Assembly (NCBI RefSeq): GCF_032444005.1 | Contig: NC_091284.1 | Coordinates: 535,308,001-535,372,000 of the forward strand | Source of the DNA: Ranitomeya imitator | Taxonomy: Eukaryota | Length of the DNA stretch: 64,000 bases | Direction of reading: 5' to 3' | Part shown: positions 1 to 12,884 of the stretch, piece by piece | Layout of the letters: each line of letters begins with the position of its first letter | Position numbering within the stretch: the stretch's first letter is position 1 | Made by a program: the position numbers and the translations under genes | Notes under the pieces: generated by a model | The model's input: only the letters and a program-made list of their open reading frames with translations | Told to the model about the DNA's origin: nothing | The model's database searches: none

Positions 1-689
1 ACTACAGAGACAGAGTACAACACTCTGCTCCTCAGACTTTCTATGTGCGCTGTGACTGCCTCTAGGTGATGATGGTGATAGTAGTATTTGGAGCATTTAA
101 CACAGTCATGAAGCAGCCATAACAACATGAAAGAGAAGTATTTTTAACGAGATACCACACTGTTCGATGTGTTGCCTTTTTTAAAAAAATTTTTAAACTA
201 AAATAGTGTACCGAACTAGGGTAACAGACAGCAAATAAAGCTGAATGTAGGCCTGAATTTCCACAATTTATAGGCCACAAATACATCAGACGTCTGACAG
301 CGATAACACACTGCCAAATATATGGCCTATATTTTGTTAAATGCAAAAGAATGCTGTATATAATTACAGTAACAGACAGTCAAAAAAGTGGTCCACCGGC
401 CTACAATGCCCAAATGTGGAGCACACAGATATATTAGGGTTGTCACAGAAATACCGCACTGGCAAATATGTGGCCTTTTTCTATTTTTTTTATGCTAAAT
501 AGTGCTGTATATAATTAGAGTATCAGACAGCAGAAAGGCAGCCCAAAGGCAGAGGGGCTGTCATCCCTATGTCGGCACCCGGAATGCTGCCCTTGTGTTT
601 GATCGCAGCATTTGGGGTGTTAAAGTGCCAGGTGTCAGCTGTCAGAATCAGTAGGGCAACACTCAACCCTCACCACAAGTAAACCCTGT

Positions 690-1620
690 GTGTCGGAGTC
701 CTCTTAGGAGGAGGGGTCAGGGGAGGGTGGTGGTTCCCTCTGTGCATAGTTGGGGTATGAGTGTGGTGACACAGGGGGATGCCTCTTTTGTCGGTTCCTC
801 AAAGAGTTCATCATCTTGTGGCAAATGTATGCATGAAAATGAACAATCAGGTCTGGACCTGTGTGTGAACCAGTACGTGTGGGTGTCCACCAAAAACATC
901 AGGTGGAAGTATGCTAGGGTGATCGGGCCATATTGGCTGTAAGCCATTCACAGCCCGGGAACTTTCCGGTTGGAGTTACCCTCTGTAATGCACACACAAC
1001 TCTTTCCACAGGTCGCCGCTCTAGAGATTTGTGGCGCCTCCGGAGCCTACGTTATCGTCCCCTCCATCGGGCTGTGTTCGGTGTAAACCTGAGAGTCAGG
1101 TGACTGCAGAGGTGAACTCTGGTGGATCAAGGCATCCTCACCATGTGTCGTTTTCTGGTGATGTCCAGTGACCCCTCACTGAAAGGGGGGTACTGACACA
1201 ATCTATTTTTTGGATTTGTGGCAGCTCTCGTTCCACTCAATTTAAAACTTTTTCCTTTTTGACCATCGGGGTTAATATCAGTTTCTTTCCCCACTAGCAA
1301 TCTGATGTTACTGCAGTGCTGCTGGTGACCACTCCCACCATACTTTAAAAGGTCCCCAGATGCATCAGATGACTGTTGGTGATACAGTTTCTTTCTGGAG
1401 ACCAGCCTAGCAGGAGAAGCTTTCTGGTGTTAGCCATGTCTGGTTATTGGAGTCCAGTTGCAGTTGTTATCTTTGGTGTGGAGCTCAGCAGCAGTGTTCA
1501 TAAGCTAAGTGTGGTGTTTTGTTACCTTGTCCCTTTTGGTGTTTGTCACTTCCCTGTGTGTATTATCTGCAGAGGGGAGGTAAATGCTCCTTGCTGGCCA
1601 GTTCACTAGCCAAGGCAGTA
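690..1620 (+). mobile_element. Degenerate Gypsy 3' end: integrase GPY/F remnant, polypurine tract (1181-1190) and start of LTR (TG at 1194)
   Basis: Translates as VWVSTKNIRWKYARVIGPYWL*AIHSPGTFRLELPS..., matching the integrase tails of the intact elements in this window. It is followed by gaaagggggg-tac-TG, the same PPT-tac-TG junction as elements A-C. Confidence 0.7.
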
Positions 1621-2330
1621 TGTTAGGTGTCAAGTTCCCGCCGCTGCACAGGGGGAATCTCGAACCTGGTCGCCTGCGGTCATCCATTCTCCTCCAGCCA
1701 CAGTGGAACCTGCTCAGCGGAGACATTGGTTCCAGTGTCTGGCTCAAACTAATACTGTGCGAATGGTTACTGCTGCCTTTCCAGGCTCTGCCTTTGTAGC
1801 CAGCGCTGATCAGCAGCAAGCAGGCCTTTCTGAGCCTAAGTCCTGCTTTTCCCATACTGAGCATGCCCACGGGATGACCTCCCATTGAAGGTCGGGGGTC
1901 ACATGCTCAGGTCCTGTTGCGGCTGCTATTGGATTATCAGGAAGGTCCTGGAGCACTACTGCTATAAAAAGTTTGCATGGCCGCTCGGCCATGCGCTAGT
2001 GTAAACTTATTTACTTGTGTGTGTAGATTAATGCCTTGTCGATGGATGAAAGCTCCGAATCATTCCCATCTCTAGTGTTGCCTGCTCGCGAATGGTGGAA
2101 GCTACCTAGCACCAGACAGTGCTACTCTGCACATCCAGCACACAAATCAGCGTCTCTCAGCAGCAACCACCAGTGCGGTGCCGTGTGCTTAGTGCGCTTT
2201 TTGGGCCCTGGTTAGGGTGCTTAGTGGCGTCCGCCAGAGCGGCGTTGTATGCACTCTTGTGAGACAAATTGTTATTATTAGTTCAGTTCTACCACTGACA
2301 CCACAGTAATGGTGTCAAGCGTAAAAGGTC
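1621..2330 (+). mobile_element. Solo or partial Gypsy LTR related to the LTR of element D (50670-51653, minus)
   Basis: Starts TGTTAGG. Colinear similarity to the reverse complement of 51653-51000 (ctgcacagggggaat, gagcatg, ggccatgcgctagt). TATA box at 1963. Interrupted near 2336. Confidence 0.75.
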
Positions 2331-2335
2331 TAGAG

Positions 2336-3110
2336 TAGGGTTGAGCGAAACGGATCGGACAAATTCAAAAATCGCCAACTTTCAGCAAAGTTGGGTTTCG
2401 TGAAACCCGATCCTAGTGTGGGATCGGCCATGAGGTCGGCAATCAGTGCGCCAAAGTCGCATTTCATATGACGTTTTCAGCGCCATTTCTCATCCAATGA
2501 AGGAGGACGCAGAGTGTAGGCAGTGTGATGACCTAGGTCTCGGTTCCCACCATCTTAGAGAAGGGCATTACAGTGATTGGCTTGCTTTCTGCGGTGTCAC
2601 AAGGGCTATAAAGGGGTGTGCACGCCGACCGCCATGATACTTCTGCCGATCGTAGCATAGGGAGAGGTTGCTGCAGCTGCATCAGAAGAAGGGATATAGT
2701 TAGGGAGGGAAGATTAACCCCGAAACTGCTTGTGCTGTAGCAATTTCCACTGTCCAACACCACCTTTTCTTTGCAGGGACAGTGGAGTTTATATTTTTGT
2801 GCATCAGCGCTGTAGCTTATTAGGCTGCCTTATAAGGCTCCCTGATAGCTGCATTGCTGTTTGTACGCCGCTGTGCAAACCAACTGCTTTTTTAAAAGCA
2901 AAAATCCTATTGCTCCTTTCTGCACAGTTCTCTTGTTTATTTGTCCACACATTTGTGTGCAGTAGTCCTTTTTCTTGCAGCCATACTTGTCCTTTGATCA
3001 TTGTAGGGAGATTGAAATTGTACTACAGCCCTTGCATTTTTTGATATATCTTCCAGCCACGTTCTACCACTTACATTGTGTAGTGTAATACACTGGGCCG
3101 TACAGTGTTC
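2336..3110 (+). mobile_element. 5' portion of a non-autonomous hAT-type DNA transposon (terminus TAGGGTTGAGCG)
   Basis: Terminus TAGGGTTGAGCGAAACGG. Colinear and similar to 61118-61830. Superfamily assignment is inferred from the TIR style. Confidence 0.6.
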
Positions 3111-3166
3111 ATTTTAGGACATGATCACATATCAAACTCAAACATCAGAAATACTCTGTCTGCTAC

Positions 3167-3440
3167 CTGATTCTGATACTTGATTCTGATACCTGACTAT
3201 CATATATCAAAGTCAAACATCATAAATACTTTGATACTTGAGTCTGATACTTGAGTCTGATACTTGAGTCTGATACTTGAGTCTGATACTTGAGTCTGAT
3301 ACTTGACTCTGATACTTGACTCTGATACTTGACTCTGATACTTGACTCTGATACTTGACTCTGATACACTTGACTCTGATACACTTGACTCTGATACACT
3401 TGACTCTGATACACTTGACTCTGATACCTGAGTCTGATAC
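3167..3440. repeat. Minisatellite of 13-bp (tgatacttgagtc / tgatacttgactc) and 15-bp (tgatacacttgactc) units
   Basis: Tandem copies directly visible; the source of the repetitive ORFs at 3200-3457. Confidence 0.95.
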
Positions 3441-3585
3441 ATGAAACATTCAAACATCTGAATCAGAAGGTTATTCAGATTCCCTCCATACAGTATGTGA
3501 AAGGTTCATCTCATAAAATTAGTACCTGGTATCACTTGAGCTTGTGGTGCAATGGAAAGGCTGATGGCTGTAGTCTCTAGTCTTA

Positions 3586-4411
3586 GGCTGCTTTCACACA
3601 TCAGGTTTTTGCCGTCAGGCACAATCCGGCGTGTTTTGAAAAAAATGGATCCGTTTTTTCCGCCGGATCCGGTTTTTCCGCCTTATCCATTTTGTCTGCA
3701 GGATCTGTTTTTTTTCCGCCTGATCCGTTTTGTCTGCAGGATCCGTTTTTTCAACCGGATCCGTTTTTTCGCCGGATCTGGGGTTTTTTGTCCGCAGGAT
3801 CCCTTTTTTCTCCCGGATCCCTTTTTTTCCCGCAGGATCCGTTTTTTTCCTTCAATTCTGTTTTTTTCAGCCGGATCCGTTTTTTTCCGCCTGATCCGTT
3901 TTTTTCCGCCAATTCCATTTTTTTCCCACTGGATCCATTTTTTCCACCAGATCTGTTTTTTGACGCCGGATCCGTTTATTCCAGAGGATCCTTTTTTTTC
4001 CGCAGGATCAGTTTTTTATACCGGATCCGTTTTTTTCCACCAGATTTGTTTTTTTCCTCGGGATCTGTTTTTTTCTGCCGGATCCGTTTTTTCCGCCGCA
4101 TGTGTTTTTTTTCGTCTGATCCTTTTTTTTCTGCAGGATCTGTTTTTTTTTTTGCCGGATCAGTTTTTTTCTGCCGGATCCGTTTTGTCCGCAGGATCCG
4201 TCTTTGCCACCAATTCCGTTTTTCCAGCTGGATCCGTTTTTTTTTTCGCAGGATCCATTTTTTTCCGCTGGATCAGTTTTTTTTCCACCGGATCTGTTTT
4301 TTTCTGCAGGATCCGTTTTTTCCGCCGGATCCGTTTTTTCCACCGGATCCATTTTTTTCAAAACGCGCCGGATTGTGCCTGACCGCAAAAACCTGATGTG
4401 TGAAAGCAGCC
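3586..4411. mobile_element. PIF/Harbinger-type MITE with internal ccggatccgtttttt repeats
   Basis: About 69-bp TIRs (GGCTGCTTTCACACATCAGG... / ...CCTGATGTGTGAAAGCAGCC) with 2 mismatches. TTA TSD at 3583-3585 and 4412-4414. Confidence 0.9.
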
Positions 4412-4445
4412 TTATGCTTTTTCATCACACATAGTTTTGGTTTAA

Positions 4446-5377
4446 AGGGCCACTGTCACCCCCCTCCAGCCATTATAAACTAAAAGAGCCACCTGGTGCA
4501 GCAGTAATGCTGCATTCTAACAAGGTGGCTCTTTCGTTTTGTGTTCATGTATTACTAAAATAAAGCGCTTTGAAACTTTTCAAAAACACCTATCTTTGTC
4601 CACGGAGGCAGGTCTGAAGCCTCCTCTGTGAAGCGCCCAACTGCCGTCACTCATCTCTTCTGGGGCGATGGTCGCCGCCCCCTGCGCGCTGTTCTTCTTA
4701 AATCCGGCGCCTGCGCTGTGTGTGCCTGCCTGGGGCAGGCGCACTGAGAATTGTCAGTCATAGCTCAGATGCCGGGTTCCTGACTGCGCCTGTGCGGGCA
4801 GTGCAGCCACCCTGTTACTGAAGCCCCGCACTGTGTTATGCATTATACACAGTGCGGGGCTGGGATTCCTGGGCATGCGCACTGTGCTTGTCAGATGCTC
4901 ACCCAGGTTCCCCGCCTTCCATCATCAGACTGTGCAGGAATCTGCCCAGGAATCCCATACCCGCACTGTGCATAATGCATAACACAGTGCGGGGCGGGGA
5001 TTCATTAACAGGGTGGCCGCACTGCCCGCACAGGCGCAGTCAGGAACCCGGCATCTGAGCTATGACTGCCAATTCTCAATGCGCCTGCCCCAGGAGGCAC
5101 GCACAGCGCAGGCGCCGGATATAAGAAGAACAGCGCGCAGGGGGCGGCGACCATCGCCCCAGAAGAGATGAGTGACGGCAGTTGGGCGCTTCACAGAGGA
5201 GGCTTCAGACCCGCCTCCGTGGACAAAGAAAGGTATTTTTGAAAAGTTTCAAAGCGCTTTATTTTAGTAATACATGAACACAAAACTAAAAGAGCCACCT
5301 TGTTAGAATGCAGCATTACTACTGCACAAGGTGGCTCTTTTAGTTTATAACGGCTGGAGGGGGGTGACAGTGGCCCT
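4446..5377. mobile_element. Fold-back T2/Kolobok-type MITE
   Basis: TTAA at 4442-4445 and 5378-5381. Termini AGGGCCACTGTCACCCCC / GGGGGTGACAGTGGCCCT. The two halves are near reverse complements. Confidence 0.9.
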
Positions 5378-5420
5378 TTAAAATAATATGAAAAATAATA
5401 ATAATAAAAAAAATAACTTT

Positions 5421-5483
5421 CATTGCTGGGATTTGAACTCACATCTCTGTTACCAAGCCTGCACACCTTACCACTGTACTATA
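5421..5483 (-). repeat. Degenerate tRNA-derived (SINE-like) head
   Basis: Minus strand has A-box-like TAGTACAGTGGT and B-box-like GAGTTCAAATCC. No intact cloverleaf. Confidence 0.4.
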
Positions 5484-5684
5484 CACTCTCTTGTAGTTGA
5501 TCTCTCTCCTGTTTGCTTTTGTCACTGCTGTCAATGTAAACATGTGGCAGACACTCCTAGTTCTGTGATTTCAATAAATGAGTCTGATGCCTGATACTTG
5601 ACTACTTTCAAACATCAAAATCAACAGGTTTTTCAGATACTCACAGAAAGAAAGGGAAGAAAAGGGGTTCTCCCATCGCCAATT

Positions 5685-5745
5685 AGGCTGATGGCTGAGT
5701 GGTTAAGCTCCTGGTTTATGGAATAGCAAACTTGAGTTCTATCCT
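5685..5745 (+). repeat. Degenerate tRNA-derived (SINE-like) head
   Basis: A-box TGGCTGAGTGG (5692-5702) and B-box-like GAGTTCTATCC (5734-5744). Confidence 0.35.
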
Positions 5746-5768
5746 CAAATAAACTTTTTTTTTTTTAA

Positions 5769-7362
5769 CCCCTTTACCCCCAAGGGTGGTTTGTACGTTA
5801 ATGACAGGGCCAATTTTTACAATTCTGACCACTGTCCATTTATGAGGTTATAACTGAAACGCTTCAATGGATCCCGGTGATTCTGACATTGTTTTATTGA
5901 GAAATATTGTATTTCATGATAGTGGTAACATTTCTTTGATATTACCTGCGTTTATTTTGGAAAAAAATGGATATTTGGCGAAAATTTAGAAAATTTAGTA
6001 ACTTTCAAACTGAATTTTTATGCAATTAAGTCACAGAGATATGTCACACAAAACTTCATAAGTAAAATTTCCCACATGCCTACTTTATATCAGCACAATT
6101 TTGAAACCCACATTTTTTTTTGTTAGGAAGTTATAAGGGTTAAAAGTTGACCAGCAATTTCTCATTTTTACAACACCATTTTTTTTTAGGGACCACATCT
6201 TATTTGAAGTCATTTTGAGGGGTCTATATGATAGAAAATAACCAAGTGTGACAACATTCTAAAAACTTCACCCCTCAAGGTGCTCAAAACCACATTCAAG
6301 AAGTTTATTAACACTTCAGGTGTTTTACAGGAATTTTTGGAATGTTTGAATAAAAATGAACATTTAACTTTTTTTCACAAAAAAATTACTTCAGCTCCAA
6401 TTTGTTTTATTTTACCAAAAGTAATAGGAGAAAATGGACCCCAAAAGTTGTTGTACAATTTGTCCTGAATATGCTGATACCCCATATGTGGGGGTAAACC
6501 AACTGTTTGGGCGCATGGCAGATCTCGGAAGCGAAGGAGCGCCATTTGACTTTTCAATGCAAAATTGACTGGAATTGAGATGGGACGCCATGTTGCGTTT
6601 GGAGAGCCCCTGATGTGCCTAAACATTGAAAACCCCCACAAGTGACACCCGTTTGGAAAGTAGACCCCCTAAGGAACTTATCTAGATGTGTGGTAAGCAC
6701 TTTGACCCATTAAGTGATTCACAGAAGTTTATAATACAGAGCCGTAAAAATAAAAAATCATACTTTTTCACAAAAATGATCTTTTCGCACCCAATTTTTT
6801 ATTTTCCCAAGGGTAAGAGAAGAAATTGGACCCCAAAAGTTGTTGTACGATTTATCCCGAGTACGCTGATACCCCATATGTGGGGGGAACCACCGTTTGG
6901 GTGCATAGGAGAGCTCGGAAGGGAAGGAGTGCCATTTGGAATGCAGACTTAGATGGAATGGTCTGCAGGTGTCACATTGCATTTGCAGAGCCCCTAATGT
7001 ACCTAAACAGTAGAAACCCCCCACAAGTGACCCCATATTGGAAACTAGACCCCCCAAGGAACTTATGTAGATGTGTTGTGAGAACTTTGAACCCCGAAGT
7101 GTTTCACCACAATTTATAATGCATAGCCGTGAAAATAAAAAATCCTTTTTTTCCAGAAAAATTATTTTTTAGCCCCAGTTTTGTATTTTTCCAAGGGTAA
7201 CAGTTGAAATTGAACTTCAAAAGTTGTTGTCCAATTTGTCCTGAGTACGCTGATACCCAGTATGTGGGGGGGAGCCACCGTTTGGGCGCATGGCAGAGCT
7301 CGAAAGGGAAGGAGCACCATTTGGAATCAGACTTAGATGGATTGGTCTGCAGGCATCACGTT
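5769..7362 (+). mobile_element. Left portion of a non-autonomous piggyBac-type element with ~390-bp internal tandem repeats
   Basis: TTAA (5765-5768) followed by CCCCTT. The block aaaagttgttgt...gctgatacccc recurs near 6440, 6830 and 7220. Cut at 7363 by another insertion. Confidence 0.65.
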
Positions 7363-8214
7363 TAGTGTTGAGCGATACCTTCCAATATCCAAAAGTATCG
7401 GTATCGGATTGGATCGGCCGATATTCAAAAAATATCAGACATCGCCGATACCGATATCCCATACCAATGCAAGTCAATGGGACCAAAATATCGGAATTAA
7501 AATAAACCCTTTTTTTCCTAGTAGTTTAATTCTACATGAAGGAAAACAACTAAGAATAATGTAGGATGTACTGGGGGAGGTGGAGGAGACATTAAAGGCA
7601 TAGAGGTTTAGCCGAATCAAATGGAATAGCAGGAATTAATTTTTTTTTTTAAGACGTTCGGAGTTACAGAGATATTGACTATGTTAAGATTTTTTATATT
7701 TTGTCAGATATTGATGTTTCACTAATTCCATGCTCTTCACCTTCTTTTTTAGTTCTCCGACACTTTCTTCTTCTTCATCCTCAACAGCAGCATCTTTTAC
7801 ATCAACTTCTTCTTCACCTTGTTCATCTTCTTCACTTTCTTCCTATTATTCTTTTTTGTTACATTCTTCATATTCTTTTTATTAAACTATTTTTCTTCCT
7901 CATATTCTACTTTTTCATCATATTCTTATTTGTGACAGGCATTCCTGTAGTTGTTATCTATAAAAGTTTCAAGATCACGCCTTCCGCTCTGCCTGTCACA
8001 AAAGAGTTACAACAGGACTTGTCCGCGTTCAGTTTGGCCTGCAGCAGCAGGCTTTTTCCAGGGGCACTACGAGGAGGAATGGACTCACCCCCATACACTG
8101 CTTAGTCTTCTTCTGCTTATAATTTAGATAATATATTTTGCTCTGATGTTTAGTCTTATGCGTAATGTTCTTCTGCTCTTTGTTCTGCAGCTTCTTGTTC
8201 TTCTGCTTCTTGGT

Positions 8215-8365
8215 CTTCAGGGTCGTCGTCTCCAGGGTCGTTGTCTCCGGGGTCGTCATCTTCGGGGTGGTCTTCAGGGTCGTCGTCTCCAGGGTCGTCG
8301 TCTCAGGGGTCGTCATCTCTGGGGTCGTCGTCATATTAGGGGTGGTTTTCAGGGTCGTCGTCATT
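8215..8365. repeat. 15-bp tandem repeat (gggtcgtcgtctcca-like)
   Basis: Directly visible; produces the spurious TTPETTTLE and LQGRRLQG ORFs. Confidence 0.9.
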
Positions 8366-8419
8366 AGGGTCTTGAACTTGGAAATGTAGCAGAAGGTACA
8401 AGAAGGCTGAGGAAATGCC

Positions 8420-9250
8420 GAGAACCAGCTGACGGTACTGGAACCCGGATGGCTACCCGAAGGTCCAAGAGCCAATGGAACTACCGAGCACCAGTTGACG
8501 GTACTGGAACCCGGTTACTAGGCAGGAGGTACCCATGCCAGAAAGCACTACCAAGAACCACCTGACGTTGGTGGAACTTGGATACCCAGTAGGAGGCACC
8601 TAAGCCAAAGGCTCTGCCCGGAACCAGCTGACGGTACTGGAACCAGGATGGAGAGCAGAAGGTATAAGAGCCAAAGACACTGCTGAGAACCAGCTGACGG
8701 TACTGGAACCCAGATGGGTAGCCGAAGGTACAAGAGCCAATGGAACTACCAAATAACAGCTGACATTACTGGAACCCGGTTACTAATCAGGAGGTACTAT
8801 GCCAGAAAGCACTACCAAGGACCACCTGACGTTGATGGAACTCGGATACCCAGAAGGAGGCACCTAAGCCAAAGCTCTGCCCGGAACCAGCTGACGGTAC
8901 TGGAACCAAGATGGGGAGCAGAAGGTACAAGAGCAAAAGACACTGCCAAGAACCAGCTGATGGTACTGGAACCCAGATGGGTAGCAGAAGGTACAAGAGC
9001 CAATGGAACAATTGAGGACCAGCTGATGTTACTGGAACCCGGTTACTAAGCAGGAGGTACCCATGCCAGAAAGCACAACCAAGGACCACCTGACATTGGT
9101 GGATCTCGGATACCCAGAAGGAGGCACCTAAGCCAAAGGCTCTGCCCGGAACCAGCTGACGGTACTGGAACCCGGGGGACCTTTTCAAGATTGTCTTCCT
9201 AAGAACCAGCTAATGGTGCTGGAACTCAGATAGGTAGCGGAAAGTCTACA
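8420..9250. repeat. Degenerate tandem array with core ccagctgacggtactggaaccc
   Basis: Core motif recurs more than 10 times at 50-70 bp spacing. Confidence 0.85.
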
Positions 9251-9624
9251 GGAAAAACAAAAGTTGCTAGGCCGCAAGCCGGCTGTGGTTACTGACAATC
9301 CACAGACCTACATGGGGAGCTTGTCCTATTGGCACTACAGAACCAGCCTTGATTGCCAGTTCCCACAGCCCACATAGGAGGCACCAAAACTGCAGGCACC
9401 ATAGAGTCGGCTAACCCGACCTCAACCCGTCAGGAGAACATATTGGAGGCCAAGTGACCTTGACACTACCCGGAAACAGCTGGCGTGCTGGAACCGGGCT
9501 GGGCAGGAGGGAGTACCCGTGCTAAAGACACTTCTGATCAGCAACTGGCGGTGTTGGAGCCCAGGGATTACATGACAAACAAAGTGTAGGCTGAGGCCTA
9601 ATTGGAGCAAGATGAAAGGGTGCC

Positions 9625-10240
9625 TTTAACCCCCCCCAGGCGTTAACAACTAGAAGAGCCACCTTGTGCAGCAGTAGTGCTGCACAAGGAAAAGGTGGCT
9701 CTTTTAATTGTGCTCCTTGCACACGCTGAATGAAACACTTTTAAAATTTTGCCCCTCATACCGTGAAACTGTTCCGGAGGCGGGACTTTCCTTCTTAATG
9801 AGACGCAGGACAGCTGTCATTCCTACCCCCTTGGCGCCGGGCGCAGCCTTCTGAGCATTGTTTGTTTGTGTACCAGAGCCTGCGCTGTTATGTTATCCCT
9901 TGGCAATGCACAGTTAGCGCTGCCCGTCTTCTGACATCATTTGATGTCAGCCTGACTGCGCCTGTGCGGTCGCGCTGCACGAGATCACGCCCCGCAGTGT
10001 CTTTTGATGTATTCACACTGCGGGGCTGGGATTCATGGCCTTGCGCAGTGCATATCTTTGCCTCTCTCTCATCTCCTTCCGCCTTCTTCAGTCTGTGCAG
10101 CGTCACGGCCGTGGCATGTGATTAGGGATCAGCTGACGCCGCACAGTCTGAAGAAGGCGGAGGGAGATGAGTGAGAGGCGAAGATATGCACTGCGCAAGG
10201 CCATGAATCCCAGCTCCGCAGTGTGAATAAATCAGAAGAC
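9625..10240. mobile_element. Fragment of a fold-back T2-like MITE related to 4446-5377
   Basis: Shares the aagagccacc...tgcagcagta.tgctgca...aaggtggctcttt block. Inverted repeat centred near 10128. Confidence 0.55.
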
Positions 10241-10249
10241 ACTGGGTTA

Positions 10250-11400
10250 GTAAAATAACAGAAAAAAAGAACACACCGGCGCTCAAAGAAATACTAAAGC
10301 CGCTGATACCAAGGCAAGCACTGTACTAGCTATGCCCAGACCCAAAGGGTCATGCAATACAACTTAAAAAAACAGTATGGTATCACGCTAAAGATAATGG
10401 CCTAATATTAATTGTCCCTGGCCCTTGTGATAATATACTCCAATAGAAGCTGACAGGTCATAACTTCTTAAAGTTCTATTAAACGATGCAGATGTTAAAT
10501 ACTGCTGTTAAGCTTGTACAAATGGCATTAAAACCACTTGTAAATCCCGTATACCAAGCCACTCCCTATGAATGCAAATGAGTATTACCACCGATATATA
10601 TGGTGGTTATCCCAATTACCCGAATATAGTAATGTCCTTAGTGTCAATAACACATAGGCTTGGAAGGAAACCATTAATAGACCTACTTGATAACAGTGAG
10701 AAATTGCACACTTCACAAGCAATGTAAGAAAAAACGTGAAAATTGTCATATACCACAAAGCTTGATGGAAGGTAAAGACCATTCGGCAAATGCAGAGGAT
10801 ACAAGAAAAAGAAAAAACCGAACTACAAGGGTCAAGAAAATATACAATAAAATAAACATATGATGATGTATAAAGTAATCCAAATATAAATTTTATTGGT
10901 AATAAATAGGGACAAATAGAGAAAGAAAAAATAGCAATGTGGTGCTAAGCACACACAATGTGTATCAGCCCACAAAAACACCACATAAATTAGCCAAAGA
11001 TGTATATACACTTAGATGTACATAATGCAAATGAGATGACATGTATCAGTTATATATGGCCCGAAAAAGATATATATGGTAAGGGGGCATAAAAATGTAC
11101 ATAAGATAATATAGGTATGCAAATAAGTGACAGGTAACCAAACAACGTAAGGAAAAGGAGCAGAAAAAATTCCTGCAGACTCACATCAGTGAAATGAATG
11201 CTGTAATGCAATGGTCAGTAAACATAAGTGATATATCCGGATAGTACCCATTACACTATGTGAGACCCGTCCATATCGTGACCTGCAGCTGCAGAGTTAA
11301 CGGTCACAACATGTGAATCATGGAAGGATGGTTACCTGAAGAGTGTGGTGGATGCGGGCAGATGCGCTCCGACGCACGTTTCGGATCAAGAGTCCTTTGA
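10250..11400 (-). mobile_element. Probable Penelope-like pLTR/3' UTR relic with a broken hammerhead-like motif
   Basis: Minus strand near 11369-11400 reads ..CAAA-GGA-ctcttga-TCC-GAA-ACGTGCGT-C-GG (stem II, GAAA, near-palindromic stem III). The CUGA core is not intact. Confidence 0.4.
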
Positions 11401-11404
11401 CGAC

Positions 11405-11746
11405 GGCGCTGACAGTCAGTGCAGGGAAGCTGACGACGGGGGACGTGACAGACATCGGAATGTGAGTATGTACTGTGTTTTTTTTAACTTTTACAATGGT
11501 AACCAGGTAAATATCGGGTTACTAAGCGCGGCCCATCACACACGCCGATCCAGCGATGACAGCGGGTGATTAGCGACCAAAAAAAGGTCCTGATCATTCC
11601 CAAACGACCAACAATCTCCCAGCAGGGGCCTGATCGTTGGTCGCTGTCACACATAACGAGATCGTTAGCGGGATCGTTGCTACGTCACACAAATAGCGTG
11701 ACATTGCAACAATATCGTTAACAAAATCGTTATGTGTGAAGGTACC
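11405..11746. mobile_element. Right half of a GGTACC-terminus MITE
   Basis: Ends gtgtgaaGGTACC-ttaa. Shares aacatcgggttactaagcgc-type blocks with 12145-12884. Confidence 0.75.
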
Positions 11747-12144
11747 TTAAGCTCTTATAAAAACTAGGTTCCGCTTTCTCTCTCCTGTAGATTGTAAACT
11801 CTTATGGTGAGGGGGTTCTCCCTCCTCTCCCACATGTTTAATTTACAAGCAATTACAAGCTTTCCTGTAATGAGATTACCACAAACTAATTTACTGCAAA
11901 TCAAATTACTGTATTTAGGAAAATTCAACAAAGTGGGAAAAATTTGACAAAGTCACCGAATTGGAATTTCTTCTTGACAGTGGCTAAAAAATAACATTAC
12001 CATTCTTCCGATGCTGTCAGTTTGAAAGACATCACTATTTTATACATAAAATCTAAAATAAGATTCCATCAGCGGCAAAGTCTCAGCAAATACCATAAAA
12101 AAGACAGTTCTTGTAAACCACCATCAGCAAAAGACTAAGCTTAA

Positions 12145-12884
12145 GGTACCTTCACACATAACGATATCGTTAACGATATCGTTGCTTTTTGTGACGTAGC
12201 AACGATATTGTTAAGGAAATCGTTATGTGTGACAGCGACCAACGATCAGGCCCCTGCTGGGAGATCGTTGGTCGCTGAGGAAAGTCCAGAACTTTATTTC
12301 GTCGCTGGACTCCCTGCAGACATCGCTGGATCGGCGTGTGTGACACCGATCCAGCGATGTCTTCACTGGTAACCAGGGTAAACATCGGGTTACTAAGCGC
12401 AGGGCCGCACTTAGTAACCCGATGTTTACCCTGGTTACCAGCGTAAAAGTAAAAAAAACAAACATTACATACTTACCTACCGCTGTCTGTCCCCGGCGCT
12501 CTGCTTCTCTGCACTCTTGCACTGGCTGTGAGCGTCGGTCAGCCGGAAAGCAGAGCGGTGACGTCACCGCTCTGCTTTCCTGCCGCTGTGCTCACAGCCA
12601 GTGCAGGAGGAGTGCAGAGAAGCAGAGCGCCGGGGACAGACAGCGGTAGGTAAGTATGTAATGTTTTTTTTTACTTTTACGCTGGTAACCAGGGTAAACA
12701 TCGGGTTACTAAGCGCGGCCCTGCGCTTAGTAACCCGATGTTTACCCTGGTTACCCGGGGACTTCGGGATCGTTGGTCGCTGGAGAGCTGTCTGTGTGAC
12801 AGCTCTCCAGCGACCAAACAGCGACGCTGCAGCGATCGACATCGTTGTCGGTATCGCTGCAGCGTCGCTGAGTGTGAAGGTACC
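12145..12884. mobile_element. Complete GGTACC-terminus MITE
   Basis: TIRs GGTACCTTCACAC / GTGTGAAGGTACC with internal nested inverted repeats. Flanks ttaa and ttta. Confidence 0.9.

Larger units (their letters stand above)
7363..9600 (+). mobile_element. hAT-type non-autonomous element, left end (TAGTGTTGAGCGATACC), with internal repeat arrays
   Basis: Terminus TAGTGTTGAGCG at 7363 with subterminal tatcgg repeats. No matching right terminus seen, so the extent is approximate. Confidence 0.5.

Noticed and set aside
3200-4434. Repetitive ORFs (SESS, PDPFF types)
   Set aside because: Translations of the minisatellite and of the MITE's internal ggatcc repeats; no domain signature.
8029-9188. 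Thr-rich mucin-like ORF and LEPRW-repeat ORFs
   Set aside because: Arise from 15-bp and ~60-bp tandem arrays inside a transposon.
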